This document shows, one piece after another, positions 25,651 through 40,120 of a DNA stretch of 64,000 bases (position 1 is its first letter; each line of letters begins with the position of its first letter). Source of the stretch: Octopus sinensis (lineage: Eukaryota); the NCBI RefSeq assembly GCF_006345805.1, contig NC_043006.1:8804001-8868000 (forward strand), written 5' to 3'. Position numbers and translations under genes: made by a program. A model generated the notes under the pieces. The model was not told the origin of the DNA, did not search any database, and was given only the letters and a program-made list of their open reading frames with translations.

Positions 25651-26060
25651 CCTTCCTACACGTACAAAACACTGAGACACATATATGTGTGTTTGTGGTG
25701 TGTGTGGATTGTTATGTGCGTGGGAGTGCGTGTGCAAGTGTGTGTATGTCTCTGTGAATGGTACTTCTCCACCTACGTGTTTCTCCGGTTTCGTACGAAA
25801 GCGAAAATGGTAATATAGACATTAAGTTTATTTAGGTGATTATAAATAACTTTATTAATATAAAATTGGTTTTCCGAACGGAGAGTAATAAATGCACGCG
25901 AAGTTATTTTCTGACAACCTGACGCAGACCCAGTCAGAAATATCTAGTACACCTACTTACGCACGTAATGAGACAGACAGACACATACATACATACCCAC
26001 ATACATACTTACATACATACATACATACATACATACAGACATACATACATACATACATAC
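24190..26060. repeat. About 918-bp tandem duplication, each unit with a 140-bp-arm inverted repeat
   Basis: 24291-25060 recurs at about 25209-25990. Arms 24291-24430 and 24449-24590. Confidence 0.9.
24393..24438 (-). ncRNA. Minimal type I HHR (duplicate at 25311-25356)
   Basis: CCAC-CTGATGA-A-TGTC-catagaagt-GACA-A-GAAAC-GATC-GTA-GTGG: canonical core, with stem I CCAC/GTGG. Confidence 0.75.
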
Positions 26061-26135
26061 ATACATCCATACCTACATATAAAACTCATACGTATACTTG
26101 TACTTCTCACCTTCGTCTCTCTCTCTGTATATATT

Positions 26136-26187
<52 letters not shown>

Positions 26188-26244
26188 GATAGTTTCATTT
26201 TATATATATATATACATATATGTATACATGTATATATATATATG

Positions 26245-26275
<31 letters not shown>

Positions 26276-26277
26276 AC

Positions 26278-26312
<35 letters not shown>

Positions 26313-26335
26313 GAAAGATAGATAGATAGACAAAT

Positions 26336-26416
<81 letters not shown>

Positions 26417-29211
26417 TAAATAGGTATATAGATACATACGTAAATAAATACATATGTGCATACATACATACATATTGATGGTATGTGTGTGTGTATGTCT
26501 GAAAACAACGCAAACATGGATACATGTGTTATTAATTGAATGTATTTTTTGCTGTTTGCAAATCATAGATACGCTATTAAATATATGTATATTTGGTGCA
26601 TGCATAAAACTATTAAATGTCTCAGTTATGGGAAATTGAAATTCAAATGTATCGTGATAGTGAAATTATATCTTGCACAACCTGTATCGCTCCAAGAATT
26701 TAAAAACTACTAAATATTATTCTGTTGGATGTGGTATTCTATGTTTAAATTTTATACTTTTTGAAGGAGCATTTTTGAAAAATTACACTGGTCAACAGCC
26801 AACTAATTTTATATCGCTGATAATGAATATCATTGTTAAAACTGTTTGCTAGCTTTACTTTTCAAGTTACCCGTATGCGTCACAACAGACTGCAACAGGC
26901 ATGCAACAGTGTGTTTCTTACCACACTCATAGTCCCACTGCCCTTCAGTATTGTTCGAGCAATCATAGAAGGTGGTTGTGCTGTGCAAGTTTATATATTG
27001 AGGTCAAAGGTAACTAGTTTTCTAGTCAATTACTTCCTAGTCCAATACTTTTTAAACTTATAATAAATATTTATTGAGCAAGCTGTTGATATGAATGTTA
27101 GCCATTTTATTTTAATTCTATTTTTCTTCTGAATGATATAAATAATTCTGATTATTTCCAACCTGTTTCTGCTTTATATAACGTCAGATGTATATGGAAG
27201 AGACAAGTACCATTCCTAGTTGGCTTATGGTTACAGTTTCAAACCATTTGTGTGTGAATCATCGCAAATTTTATGCTTCTGAATGACCTGTTTTTAAGAA
27301 TTGTTTAATATGTGACAAATATCAATTTGGTTATTACATAAACGTCGGAATGAAACTATGAATCAAGCAATGGATGTATGTGCATGCCAGCATTTCGTTT
27401 TTAAATGAAAGTGCTACATCAGTAACTTGTATAGAAAATGATGCGATCGGTACATCTAAGTAGTACATATGAAACGTGTTAACGTTTTGTGTAATGTTGC
27501 AAGGTTATGCTGAAATATTTATTTAATATTTATACATGTGCTTTCGATTTCGGCAAAATTCAGAAATATTTTCTTGCTTTGCTCCACGATAAGAAATGCA
27601 GCTATATATTTATATAGAATTCCATATATGGGAATCATTTAGTCGTCCCCATAGAAAAGCCGCCATCAAGCCATAGGCTTGTGAAAAATATATTATACCC
27701 TATTCTCAAATACTCGTAAATTTCTCAAGCAAGGGGTGGGGAACGCCATGAACAGGCGAGGGAAATTTCGTCATGTTGTCTGCTTGGCTTCACTTTTATA
27801 GATTCTATTACAGACCATTCTTTTATATACTTATATATATTATATGAAAATAAAATCCACAAAGGTGCGGTAGGCAAAGCCAGAAAAAAAGAATAAGATA
27901 TGATTCGTTGGAAAAAAATTACAGTTGATCTGTTAATGTTTTAAAATATACAATACTTTGATCAATATCATATAGACTCGTGAATTTAGAGTTTGCATGT
28001 GCATTTGGAGAAAATGCATTAATAAAATGAAATTCCGAATGAAATCAATCAACGGAACACATAAAATATTCATTTACTTGAAAGTGTTTATTGCTTGGAA
28101 ATATTTATTTTGTACATTGAGAATATAGTTGAATGTTATACCAAATTTAAATTCCAGTTCGTTAACATACGGCATATTCAGACTTTTGATGTATATAGAT
28201 TTCTAAAGACAGAGAAATAAATAAGTAATACGCACACACTTAAAAATACACATCTAAATATACATACACAAATACATATACGTTCCTGATTATTAATTTA
28301 TACGCGTGCATGGATTTTATTTTTCCAGTGTGAGAAAATATATACAATATGCATTATCGTGTGCAACGATTTGTTCAAATGCAGCTGTTGCTCAACTTCA
28401 GGTATGGAAGAAAATAAAGAACATTGTTCCACAATATACGCCAACTTAAGTTAAATGTATACTACGCTGTTACGAAATGAATTGTTTCGGAAATACAAAT
28501 TAAATAACGACGAACAGACTAATTCTAGGTTTAATTTAGATTAAAAAGAATAGATAAAAACACAGAAATTTATCACCTGATACCAAAACTCACAGTGAAA
28601 TTTACAAAACACATAGCAACAAATATTATGACCTCACAGAAACAGATAACTGCATACATTACGCACATGGAATGAGCAAAATTGTTACGTAACACAAAGT
28701 ACGTCAAAACAAATTGTTTCCAGAAAGAAATTGGAAAAGTTGTTTCGGAATATAGTTATAAAAGTAATGAGAGAAACAATTTAGTAAATAGACGACATGC
28801 AACTAATATAGATCGCTTGGCTTTGATATTAAAATATATATACTTATATACATATAAATGGAAAAAGAATTTGTTCATATATTTTGTATATCGAAATTAA
28901 GGAACGTTATTTGCTTTTGTACATCACTGTCTCTACATCTCCTCATCTAGGTCCCTGCTATAGCCAAACTTTACTTGGCGGACCTGGTCCTCTTTAAAGG
29001 TTTCAGTTTGTATCTGTAAATCATTTCAGTGCTGCAAAGCGTTTTCTATATTAAGTGCCTGTGGATCTTATCTCTTGACACTCACTCTCTCACTATCTAT
29101 CTGTCTGCCTATCTATCTACATAAACATACACACGCCGAAAGACACACACCCACAAACAAACGCACGCACACACACACATACACACAATTATACACACTT
29201 GCCACATATGT

Positions 29212-29575
29212 AGGCATGGCTGTGTGGTAAGAAGATTGATGACCAACCACATGATTCAGTTCCACAGTTCCAATATCATCTACTATGTTCTCAAGCCGGC
29301 CAAAGACTTGCGATTGGATTTGGTTGACGGAAACTGAAAGAAACCCATTGTATATATGTTTATGGGTGTGTGTCTGTGTTTATCAGCCACCATTGCTTGA
29401 CAACCGAAATTTGTGTATTTATGTCTGCGTTAGCAATCGGTTCGAAGAAAGATATTGATAGAATAACTACTAGTCTTACAAAGAATAAATCTTGGGGTTG
29501 ATTTGTTCGATTAAATTTCCTCTAAGGTGGTTACTCAGTAGTGTCGCAGTAAAATGACTGAATCCTGTAAAAGAT
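29212..29575 (+). mobile_element. SINE family A, diverged
   Basis: Head and tail match 3684-4123. Confidence 0.75.
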
Positions 29576-30384
29576 TATAAGAATATAATTGTGTATGTTT
29601 GTGTATCTGTGTGTGTGTTTGTGTATCTGTGTGTGTGTGTGTGGAGTTGTGCGTGTGTGTGATGATGTGTATGTGTGTTTGATCGACTAAAGTCTTTTAC
29701 GTAGTACCCCAAGATGACTGCACTCAATTGATTGGTACAAGTAAATAGAGTATGTCAAAGAAGGAGTCTCAATATTATTTTGTTCATTAGGCATGATATT
29801 GCGGAAGACGAAGCAAATAATGCGATCATAAACATTAAATGTTTCATAATTCACGCTCAATCAAAAATGTTTCTACTAATCCTGGGCCGCAGGATAATCA
29901 ATATAAGAAGTGCCTCACAAAACATATTGTACATACTAATCCACATACCAATCCACACAAGCGAACGTAATCGATATTGATTAATTTCAGCTATAATAAC
30001 ATAACACCTATGATACATAGTGTTTACCTAATAAAATTATACAAAGCATTTTAGCATAATTGAATCCTGTTAGCACCACACGCACCCGATTTTCACTACC
30101 AACACCTTCGTCAATTAATATAATAAAAACGTGCTACAAGCGTATTGTCAGTAAGATAAAAAAAAAACAAAGCAAAAGAAAAAAGGAACAACTTTAGATA
30201 TAAGAGTTAGTCTAATGACCGATAAAAAAAAGACATTTCATTAGATACTGCACTCTTGATAATGGAAACACGCTACGTAAATAAAGTCGCTTCAATACTT
30301 CCGAGTTATATCAACCATGTCATGTCAACATCGAAAATAACCTATATCTACAAAGCAAAGCGAACATATTTAAAAGCTGCCCTA

Positions 30385-30900
30385 ATGGCTATAAATTGTT
30401 TAGACACACCATAAACCACTTCCTGTATATTGATATTACTAAATTTTTACAAGTGTCAATACACAGATGGACAAAAGAGAAGTTGTTCCAAACCTAACAA
30501 AGAATGCGAATATGGAATTAGAGAAATGTGTAAAGCTATGTTAAAAGGAGTAAAAGCAGAAAATGTTAAAATTGAGGATTGTAAAAAGGAGTATATAAAA
30601 ACGGAGCTATTTAGACTAGAAATATAGACAAAAATTTAGTAAATAAAATAGATCGAATTCAACACACCCCAAAAGAGACATGAAAATGTTGCCGCGGGAT
30701 GTACAGGTAGATACTAGAAGTAAGATAATAGGTATAAATACATACCGCATCTCAGTTATGAACATAAGCTTCAAATGAATAAGGAGGACCCAATGTGTAA
30801 TGTCACCTCAGAGACTATGCATACAAATTCAAGGCTGCCCCCCAACAAAGTGGTATAAATTATATATAGCTAGTTAAGAGGAAAAGATGAGAAGTAGAGT
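30385..30900 (+). mobile_element. Highly decayed R4/Dong-like LINE fragment
   Basis: INHFLYID resembles the RT motif INHLLFMDD. HP..D-like and KLQMN...C-like remnants lie downstream. Confidence 0.3.
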
Positions 30901-32640
30901 GTAATGCTGAAAGTTTAATATTGTAATACGATAATAGCTGGATTAAAAAAATACTTCGACAGAAGCAAAGAAAATCGATTAGCATTTTATTACTTTGCAA
31001 GTAAATTATATAATAAAAATCAAAATTTACCAACAATGAAAGAAAAGTTTTGGCTTAGAAATCTAAAGATAATGGTAAAAACGAAAGTAAAATTCTAAAT
31101 AAATTTTTAAATGATATTAACGAAAATAAGTGAAAGTTACTCCGAGGCCAATAGGCTGCAAATCACGACAGAAATAAAGTTAGCGAGAAATGATGTTAGC
31201 AAGAAGGAAAATAAGCCAGCGGTAAATTAAGAGCTCCGGGCTACAAACACAGACAAATGATCTGATAGTAGCTGCAGAGACGATATGCAGAGATAATTGC
31301 GAACTTACTAAAAATTAATAAACTAAAAGATAAATTGAATGAAGTTGATAGAAGCGGTTCAATGAACCGAATGGTCATATATATCAAGGCAATATATGAC
31401 TTGGAAAGGCTGAATAAATTGCCAGACACGCTCCAGTAATTATAGGACCATATTCTACAATATATGAATAAAGAACTAAAATAAGAGATCAAAAGCAATT
31501 AAGAGAGGCCAGGGAACAGAAGAAAGAAGACATACATCCAACACCAGAGCTGAATACACCTTCGAAGGGGGGGGGGGCGTTAAAACGGTAGAGGAGTAGG
31601 GGCGGAAACGGACGTAGTCCCTCCTGATGATGTCTTGAACTAAGTGGATCCTATAAAAGAACCTTTGTGGTAGCAGGCCACGAAACACGATTTAAATTCC
31701 TCAGGTACCAATTGTGACACGCTAATAGCAGTAACCATGTTGGGGCAGGCTTGTCAAAATTAAGACGGTTATAAATGTAGAAAATCCATATACATTATTC
31801 GAGAACTCCAAAGAATATATCGGCTTTCTGATAGATGGCCTTTTACCCTTATGTCCAGAATATAAATGTGAAGGGAAATTGTTACCAGAATCTTGGAATT
31901 GTTATGAACAAGACACTGGGTATTTTAGTAAAAACAGTACAAGATATAGTTTCAGCGCTAGATGTTATAAAAAATTACTTGAGAGCAAATATAAATACAT
32001 GGAGTATAATACATTAAATGCAAACAGAATGTCAGTTTCACTAAAAAACATGCGTTGGGTGATCTGGGATGAATTTACCGATAAGTATAATAAAAGAAAA
32101 AGATCTACTGCCTCTGACATACCCACCTTGCAACCCACACGCCCACGTTCATTAACAAGTTTTCAATCTATGATGTATATAAAAAAAGTGCGTCATTATA
32201 TGTCCTCAGATATCATTGATATTCCCCCATCCCTCAACCTAACTCGGCATTACATTCCTCCAAAGAGACTTTCTATCCTCTACCATTGCCTCTGCTTTTA
32301 GCTAACCACTTCGCAACGTAGTGTCCGTACTTATAATTACAGGGAATATGAATATTAAGAGTGGTGATAAGGTCAACATCGAAAGTAAGTAAAAATAGGA
32401 AGAAAATGATGAAAAAGAAGAAAAATAAAAACAACAACAACAACGCCTTTATAATAATATCTGCCATGATGCAGTACCAAGCAGTGGCTCTCATGGCTTT
32501 TGATCTTATTGGAAGTGTTATCATATACGTTATTTTGTCTTGGTATAAAAGATGGGATAAAGCAAATATTCTTCTCAGTACTCTAGAATTTATTGATCTT
32601 AATGAGTTGAGCATTTCCCTTTGTGGCTGACGATATGTAT

Positions 32641-32828
32641 ATTGTTCTGGGCTCCACCTGCAAGGTTATTTTCTCTTTATCTTGATATGAGATCACCATG
32701 TGGCGCACATATATTTGTGATGCATGTGCCTGGTGTACGCTTATCATACGGGCAGCCATGGTGGATTTACAGAGTTTCGTACGTTTTACCCCAGGGTCAC
32801 TTTCATCACATGCACTGCTCTCTCACTC
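32641..32828 (+). mobile_element. 3' end of a retroposon terminating in (AAT)n
   Basis: GC-richer block ending GCACTGCTCTCTCACTC directly followed by (AAT)n. Family identity not established. Confidence 0.4.
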
Positions 32829-32841
32829 AATAATAATAATA

Positions 32842-32885
<44 letters not shown>

Positions 32886-32889
32886 CTGT

Positions 32890-33030
32890 GAAACCGGTAC
32901 TTACTTCATGTACCACAAAAGGATGAAAGCCACTGTCGACCTCACCGGAATTTCAACACAAAACCAAAGGGCGGATGACAAGCCGCTAAGCATTCACTCA
33001 GCGTGCTAACTCTCTGCTTGTTAGCTGTCA
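32890..33030 (-). mobile_element. SINE family B, diverged
   Basis: GGATGAAAG..GTCGACCTC..GGAATTT..GCTAAGCATT..GCGTGCTAAC. Confidence 0.6.
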
Positions 33031-33059
33031 TTATACTACTATTACTACTACTACTACTG

Positions 33060-33092
<33 letters not shown>

Positions 33093-33134
33093 AAAATAAT
33101 GATGATGATGATAATAATAATAATAATAATGATA

Positions 33135-33182
<48 letters not shown>

Positions 33183-33187
<5 letters not shown>

Positions 33188-34815
33188 CAAACAGCTGGAA
33201 ACACTATTAAAGACAGTTCATGGATTTACCAAAGAAATGGATATGAAATTTGGATTAGAAAAATGCGCCAAAGTAACCATGAAAAGAGGAAAACTAGTTA
33301 AGAGTAACAACATCACACTAGATAAAACCAATGAAATAAAAGAATTAGACCAAAGCCAAACTTACAAATACTTAGGAATCCATGAACTAGATAAGACACA
33401 ACACACACAAATGAAAGAGAAAATAAAAAAAGAATATTATAGACGAGTTAGATCAATACTAAAAACAGAGCTCAATGCTAAAAACAAGATAATAGGTATT
33501 AACACTTTAGCTGTCCCAGGTATAAGTTACAGCTACAATATCCTTAACTGGACACGAAATGAACTGTCCAAAATAGATAGGAAAACAAGAAAAATACTGA
33601 CAGGATCTAGGATGCATCACCCAAAATCTGACATAGAAAGACTATATATACAACGTATAGAAGGTGGTAGAGGCCTTATACAGCTGGAAAACTACTATAA
33701 AATAACCACCATAGGACTGCAAAAATACCTACTTCAGAAGGAAGGAAAACTGATCCAGATAGCAGCAAAACACGAGCAAAACAAAAAAACTGTTCTCAGT
33801 ATTTAAGGAAGCTGACAAATACAAACAAGAAATCATACCACCTAATAAACACGAAGAAGAAGAAGAAGATGATGAAGAAACAACAAAAGCTATAAAACAA
33901 ATGAAATCCAAACTAAAAATTAGAACAGCAACGAACCATGATAAAACGATGGCAAGAAATGCCCCTTCATGGTAAATACTGCACTAAACTAAACGCAAAA
34001 GAAATAGACAAAGAAAAATCCCAGCAATGGTTGAGAAGCTCAAGACTCAAAGCAGAAACAGAGGGATTTTTAATTGCAGCACAAGACCAAAGCCTCCCCA
34101 CCAGAAATTACCAAAAACATGTAATGAAAAGAAATATTACAAGTAACTGCAGAATATGTGGAGATGGACAAGAAACAATAAATCATATTATCTCTAGCTG
34201 CCCAGTCCTGGCTAAGAAGGAATATATTCACAGACATGACAGAGTTGGAACCTACATACTTTGGAAGCTATGACAACATTATGGAATAACAACAGAAAAA
34301 AGATGGTATAGGCACACACCAGAAAGGGTCACAGAAAACGAGAAAGCAACCATACTCTGGGATATGCCGATACACACAGATAGAGAAATTAAGGCCAACA
34401 GACCAGATATAGTTGTCAGAGATCATGAAGAAAAAAGATGCTTTCTAATTGATGTATCAATACCGGCAGATGACAACGTTTCTCTAAGAGAAATGGAGAA
34501 ACTCTCAAAATACAAAGACCTGGAAATAGAGGTAACTAGAATGTGGAATCTAAAAACAGAAACAATTCCTATCATAGTAGGTGCATTAGGCATGATAAAA
34601 AAATATTCAGACAAATACATAACAAAAACACCAGGACTTACAAACACATATAACATACAGAAAATTGCACTACTAGGCACTGCACACATCCTACACAGAA
34701 CACTTTCCATACAATAACCATCAGAGCATCACAACAAATCACAGCACATACCCAAGGCACACAGAGCTGCGCTCGGTAGTGAAGTGAAAGCACGCTATAA
34801 AAAATAAAACTACTG
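33183..34815 (+). mobile_element. 5'-truncated R4/Dong-clade non-LTR retrotransposon (RT C-terminus, CCHC, REL endonuclease) in (AAT)n
   Basis: KFGLEKCA, YKYLGI, HPKSDIERLY..GGRGL, LKAETEGFLIAAQDQ, CRICG..ETINHIISSC, RHD, NRPDIVV..LIDVSIP..EKLSKY. 3'UTR 34718-34815. (AAT)n on both sides. Two frameshifts and a TGA at 34271. Confidence 0.9.
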
Positions 34816-36736
34816 AATAATAATAATAATAATATTTCACATTAACATTAGCTCACAATATAGACAGCAGGTGTTTACTAATGTCTATCCATGTAAACAA
34901 GTCCAATGATTCATTGTGTAGCATTGATGCATGAAAGCCGTATATTCGCATCTAAGAAAAACCAACTATTTCCTAACAGGTATCAACATTGGATACATTC
35001 ATCTAAAACAAACAACCAAAAAAAAAAACACGTATAATCTAGGAAGAGTCATTCTGTTTTATTTGATTTTTGTTTCTCACAAAAATAAAATGCTGATTTC
35101 TAAAGTCACCAAACTCTCGAAAACTAAACCACTGAATGCGCCTAGAGACTTTCTACAATTGCTTTCTTCGTATCAAATCTCTAAACAGAAAGAACACATA
35201 CTATGAAAATCAATTAATTATCAGCAAGGTTATTTATAAAATCTAAAAACACTGACGTTATTGTGATGGACTCTTCTTACGCTAACTGCCAGCCAATTCT
35301 TTTGCTAACTATCACGATTGAGATGCAATGATATTTTAAGAAAATTTTGATTAGATTGTTTTCTATTACATTTTTAGTGTCGTAGATAAAGTTACTATTA
35401 TTTCTAATATTTTGTGTTGCTTGTTTTCTGTTTTCTGTTATCTCTTGCTTCGTTGTTTGTGAATTTTCTGTTGCAGTGTAGAATACACAATCGCGTGCGT
35501 GACTCTTTTCAAAGCTTGGCTATTATTAACACTCCATAACTCGATACTATCTTGTAGTGAAGTACAGAGTTATGTCTACTTAATATGGTGTCTTTCCTGA
35601 AAGCATCATACATTTTATCAGCGTCTAGAAATGCTTGAATAGATATTACTTAATGGACAACTTTGATATTAGATTTATGGCTTTTCCTTAATTTAGGAAT
35701 GTGTTTGTAACAATTAGTTTGTATTTGGCTCTAAGAAAAAAATTAATAAATAAAGGAAATACTGCTTTTCGTTCAACATTCCAAGATTTACATCATATTT
35801 ACTTGTATAACAAATACATTCCATAGACGTTTATTTACACCTGCTCCGCATTCAACATATAGAAAATTATGTGTTATTCTCAAAAGCAGCCTAATACAAT
35901 ATATCACCTAATAACAATGAGTTGAACGCTGGTAGTATTAATAATAATATAAATAGTTGATTAAATAATATCACTATTGGCTGTACGAAAGACTGAAATA
36001 TATTTCGGCTTCTTGTTAGTTGCCTACGAATTTAATGTAAACTGAAGATATTCAACTAAAGAAGGTGTCAAGAAATACGGCGTCCATTTCTGATTTTTAA
36101 ATCTACTCCAAATTTCCCCATAGGTATTTTTCTTTATGAACAAAGCTTCGGAAATATATGTAGTTTAGCAAATCTACACACAAAGCGGTCACCGTGAGAG
36201 CATCTTGTCTCCGGGAGCAGTTGTTTTTTGTCATCCTTCTTGCGTTACTAGAAGTGCATAAAATATTTCATCATTTATATTCGAGAAAATGAAGTATAAT
36301 GAAAAATATATTACAAATTTGATTATATTCCAGGTAGTAATAATTAAATTTTAGCAATTAATAAAATGTTACAATATTACTGCTACCAACACTTAATATA
36401 TCGCGCACTGCTTAAGAAAATAAATATATTATTCCTTCAATAATTCCATAATTAGAATTATTAATCACATGCTGAACAGCGAAATGACTAAGTAGTGTAT
36501 GGATAAGATTCAAAGCAATTTCAGCTAGCGTTTTATAGTAGGACACACATCCTCTGCTACAAGGTATTGAAAGTTTTAGAAATAAATATTTACATCTGCT
36601 AGAGAAAGTTGAAACAGTATACTTATTCGTTCTCCATTCTCGAGATTGAGATTTTCGAAATTATTTTATGAATTATTTTACCGTCATGTCTCTAAAATAG
36701 TATATTTAAAAGCGCACATAAAGAGATACAGATACA

Positions 36737-36779
<43 letters not shown>

Positions 36780-36942
36780 ACGCTCGCACTGATACAAACA
36801 TACACACACATAAATGCACACTCGGACATATATATGTATATAGATAAATACATATATATATATTTATATATGTATATAGGTAGACATACCGACAGACATA
36901 CAGACAGATATATATATATATATATAATATATATATATATAT

Positions 36943-36944
<2 letters not shown>

Positions 36945-37024
<80 letters not shown>
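36945..37024. repeat. (TAGA)n microsatellite
   Basis: Directly visible. Confidence 0.95.
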
Positions 37025-37025
<1 letters not shown>

Positions 37026-37353
37026 TGTCACATGCGTTTGAATTTAAAACGGACTTCATCATTTTAATGTATATTCCAAAGACATAAGGCTTGAAATGCT
37101 AGTAGTTGAGATCACATGATTTGAACTCAGAAAATAAAAAGCCGAATCTGGTAAAACTACCACAAAGTATTTTGTCAAGCATTATTTTCTAAATGACCTG
37201 GTACTTTCACTGTATGACCAAAATAACGGTTTCAAACTTTGGCACAAAATCAGCAATATTAAAGGGAAGTGCAAGTGAATTACATCGACTCGTGTCCAAC
37301 CGTACACGAAACAGGGAAGCAGTTTTCCTCGACGGTATATGAACTGAGCTGGC

Positions 37354-38420
37354 AGGCGGCGAGCTGGCAGAAGCGTTAGCACGCCGGGCGAAATGCTTTG
37401 CGGTATTTCGTCTGCCGTTACGTTGTGAGTCTAAATTACGCCGAGGTCGACTTTGCCTTTCATCCTTTCGGGGTCGATAAATTAAGCACCAGTTACGCAC
37501 TGGGGTCGATGTAATCGACTTAATACCTATGTTTGTCCTTGTTTGTCCCCTCTATGTTTAGCCCCTTGTGGGTAATAAAGAAATAGGTATATGAACTGAG
37601 ATAGACGGCGAGCTGGCATATTGGAGTACGGGATTCAAGCCTCTTCTCCTTATCTCCTCAAAGACATACAGCATCTCGAAAGAGTACAGAAGCTGGCTAC
37701 CCGCATGTTTCATGGTCTGAAAAATTTGTCCTATGAAGAAAGGCTGAGGACGCTCGACCTTTATTCTCCTGAAAAACGCCGCCGCCGTGGTGATCTCATT
37801 CTCGCCCACAACATCATAAGCGGAAAGTGTAACCTCTCGAAAGAGCTGTTCTTCACTCCTGCTCCAGAGCGTCGGCTGCGGGGTCATTCCGAAAAGCTCT
37901 ACCTGCGACGATTTCATCTCAATCGAAGGAGAGGAGCTGTCTCCGTCCGGGTTGCGGATCCGTGGAACAAGCTGCCAGACGAGATGGTGAAGATGCCGAC
38001 GACCGCTTTGTTCAAAGCCTCCCTTGACCTCAAGTGGCCTGAACTCTTTACATGAACACCACCCTGTACTTAACTCCACGTCCCCCTACATGGCCTTCCT
38101 ATTTGCTTTTGAGCCAAATTAACTAACTAACTAACTAAATGTTAGCACGCCGGGCGAAATGCTTAGTGTTATTTTGTTTGCCTCTACGTTCTGAATTCAA
38201 ATTCCGCCGAGCCCCTTGTGGGTAGTAAAGAGATAGGTATTTCGTCTGCCGCCACATAGTGAGTTCAAATTCCGCCGAGGTCGACTTTGCTTTTCATCCT
38301 TTCGGGGTCGATAAATTAAGTACCAGTTACGCACTGGGGTCGTTATAATCGACTTAATCCGTCTGTCTGTCCTTGTTTGTCTCCTCTGTGTTTAACCCCT
38401 TGTCGGCAGTAAAGAAATAG
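37354..38420 (+). mobile_element. SINE family B cluster (37354-37585; 37605-38420 interrupted by CR1)
   Basis: Family B heads and cores. The 15-bp GGTATATG(A/G)ACTGAG occurs at 37334, 37586 and 38420. Confidence 0.85.
37621..38139 (+). mobile_element. CR1/L2-group LINE 3' end with (TAAC)n tail
   Basis: LEYG..SPY..KDI..LERVQK.ATR..SYEERL..L..RR.RGDLI..RGH..RV...WNKLP, then a short UTR and AACT repeats. Confidence 0.85.
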
Positions 38421-38622
38421 GTATATGGACTGAGAGGAGTTGTGGGTAATTATTTTTAGTGTTTTGCAAGATGTCATTGACTTTAAATTGCAGCATAGGT
38501 ATTGCTGACAAACATTACCTTTTAATGCATACCAACTGACAATTTGTCAGTGATGGTCGTACACGTCCGTGAGTCATTTACAGCCACCATGCTTTTACAT
38601 ATATATACATGTTTGTACAGTG

Positions 38623-38666
<44 letters not shown>

Positions 38667-40120
38667 AGTGGCATATTGTGGTTGTTGTATTTGGTGAGCT
38701 GCAATACCCAATGACACCAAATTTCAAGCTGGAGTATAACTAAACTTTTCCATTATGATCTTTGAATAAATTAATCAGTAAGGTTAATATTTATAACGCA
38801 TTTTCCATTTTCCAAGGGTGTGCAGCACACACCTAGCACACCTGGAATATACACACTTAATATCAAATCTATCCAGTTTCAAAGTACTTGAAATGTTTAT
38901 CAGATAAAATCCACTGACGGTTTTCCAGATCCAAATGCAGACAAATAAATAATTACCCACTCTATTCAAATTTAATTATTTATGTCTACAAAAATGTGGA
39001 ACTCGATATATTTTGAAATCCTCTGAAACAGCATAGCAAATAAAAGCACGTCATGTGTTAATATCAACAGAGATGCTAACGTTAGTTAGGCATCTAAACA
39101 TAGCATTTATACAACAAACATTTAATTGTTTGCTCAAAACACAATTTTATATATAAATCATGTAACGACATACTAAATATAGAAAGAAAATTCGTGATTG
39201 AAAAAATTGATATAATCATCACACAGGTTAATTATCAGACAGGTATATATTTACGTATAGCTTCTATCTATTCATTTCGTTCCATAGCATTTGTAACGTA
39301 AATAGCTTTAGATTTGTTTCATAATAGTATTACATCTGCCAGTCCCAATTATAGTAATTATAAATCTCAGCCAGTTGTAAGTCATAGAGTTTCGGAAAAT
39401 GTTTCACCATAAGTGTTATAAATGTCTAAATTAATATTTGTGTTGTAATGAATACTACTAAGTCACTTAAATAAATGAATAATCACCGCCTCTGTAAAAT
39501 GGAAGATAATGAACTGTTTGATGTTCTGATTAGGAATGCATGATTAATAACAAACAATGAATTTTGCAGCGAGAAATACTTCGGATAAAAATCAAATTCC
39601 TTAAATATAGGTATGTGAAGCCTTATGAGTGGCAAATAGCATCAGTGTTGTAAACTTACAATTGATCAAAAAAAATATCGACTGTTCCAGCCTACAAAAT
39701 CTCAGAAGTCGAATTATATTTCGTCAACACCTGCAATAATTATAAAGATGCAATCATGGAAGACGTATCAAATAGCACGGGCATTTACATACCTTCAGAT
39801 ATTTACTCCTAGACATACACTGCCCGTTAGGATTCACATAATAGCATGTTTCTCAAGCATCGTATACAAGAAGTAAATTAGTAAATAAATTAACTGCTTA
39901 GTTTAGCTAATTATTTATTAATCGTTGTCTGTTACAGGGGAAACTTGCTGTTACACCAATGGACATAAATCGGGTTCTTTTTATAATGCATCATTTGTAT
40001 CATAATTAAACAGTTTTATGCCAACACCAATAAGACTATATATATATATTGTATGAGAAAAGTGTAACTCAACCATTTCATAGAGTGTAAATGAGATGTT
40101 GTTCAATTTATATATTGTCA

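Noticed and set aside
31612-31700. CTGATGA...GAAAC possible hammerhead
   Set aside because: Stems I and III do not pair convincingly; at most a decayed remnant
34271-34273. TGA at a Cys position as selenocysteine
   Set aside because: Single occurrence in a copy with frameshifts, no SECIS seen, and a one-step nonsense change suffices
37558-38079. 173-aa minus-strand ORF
   Set aside because: Antisense shadow of the CR1 reading frame
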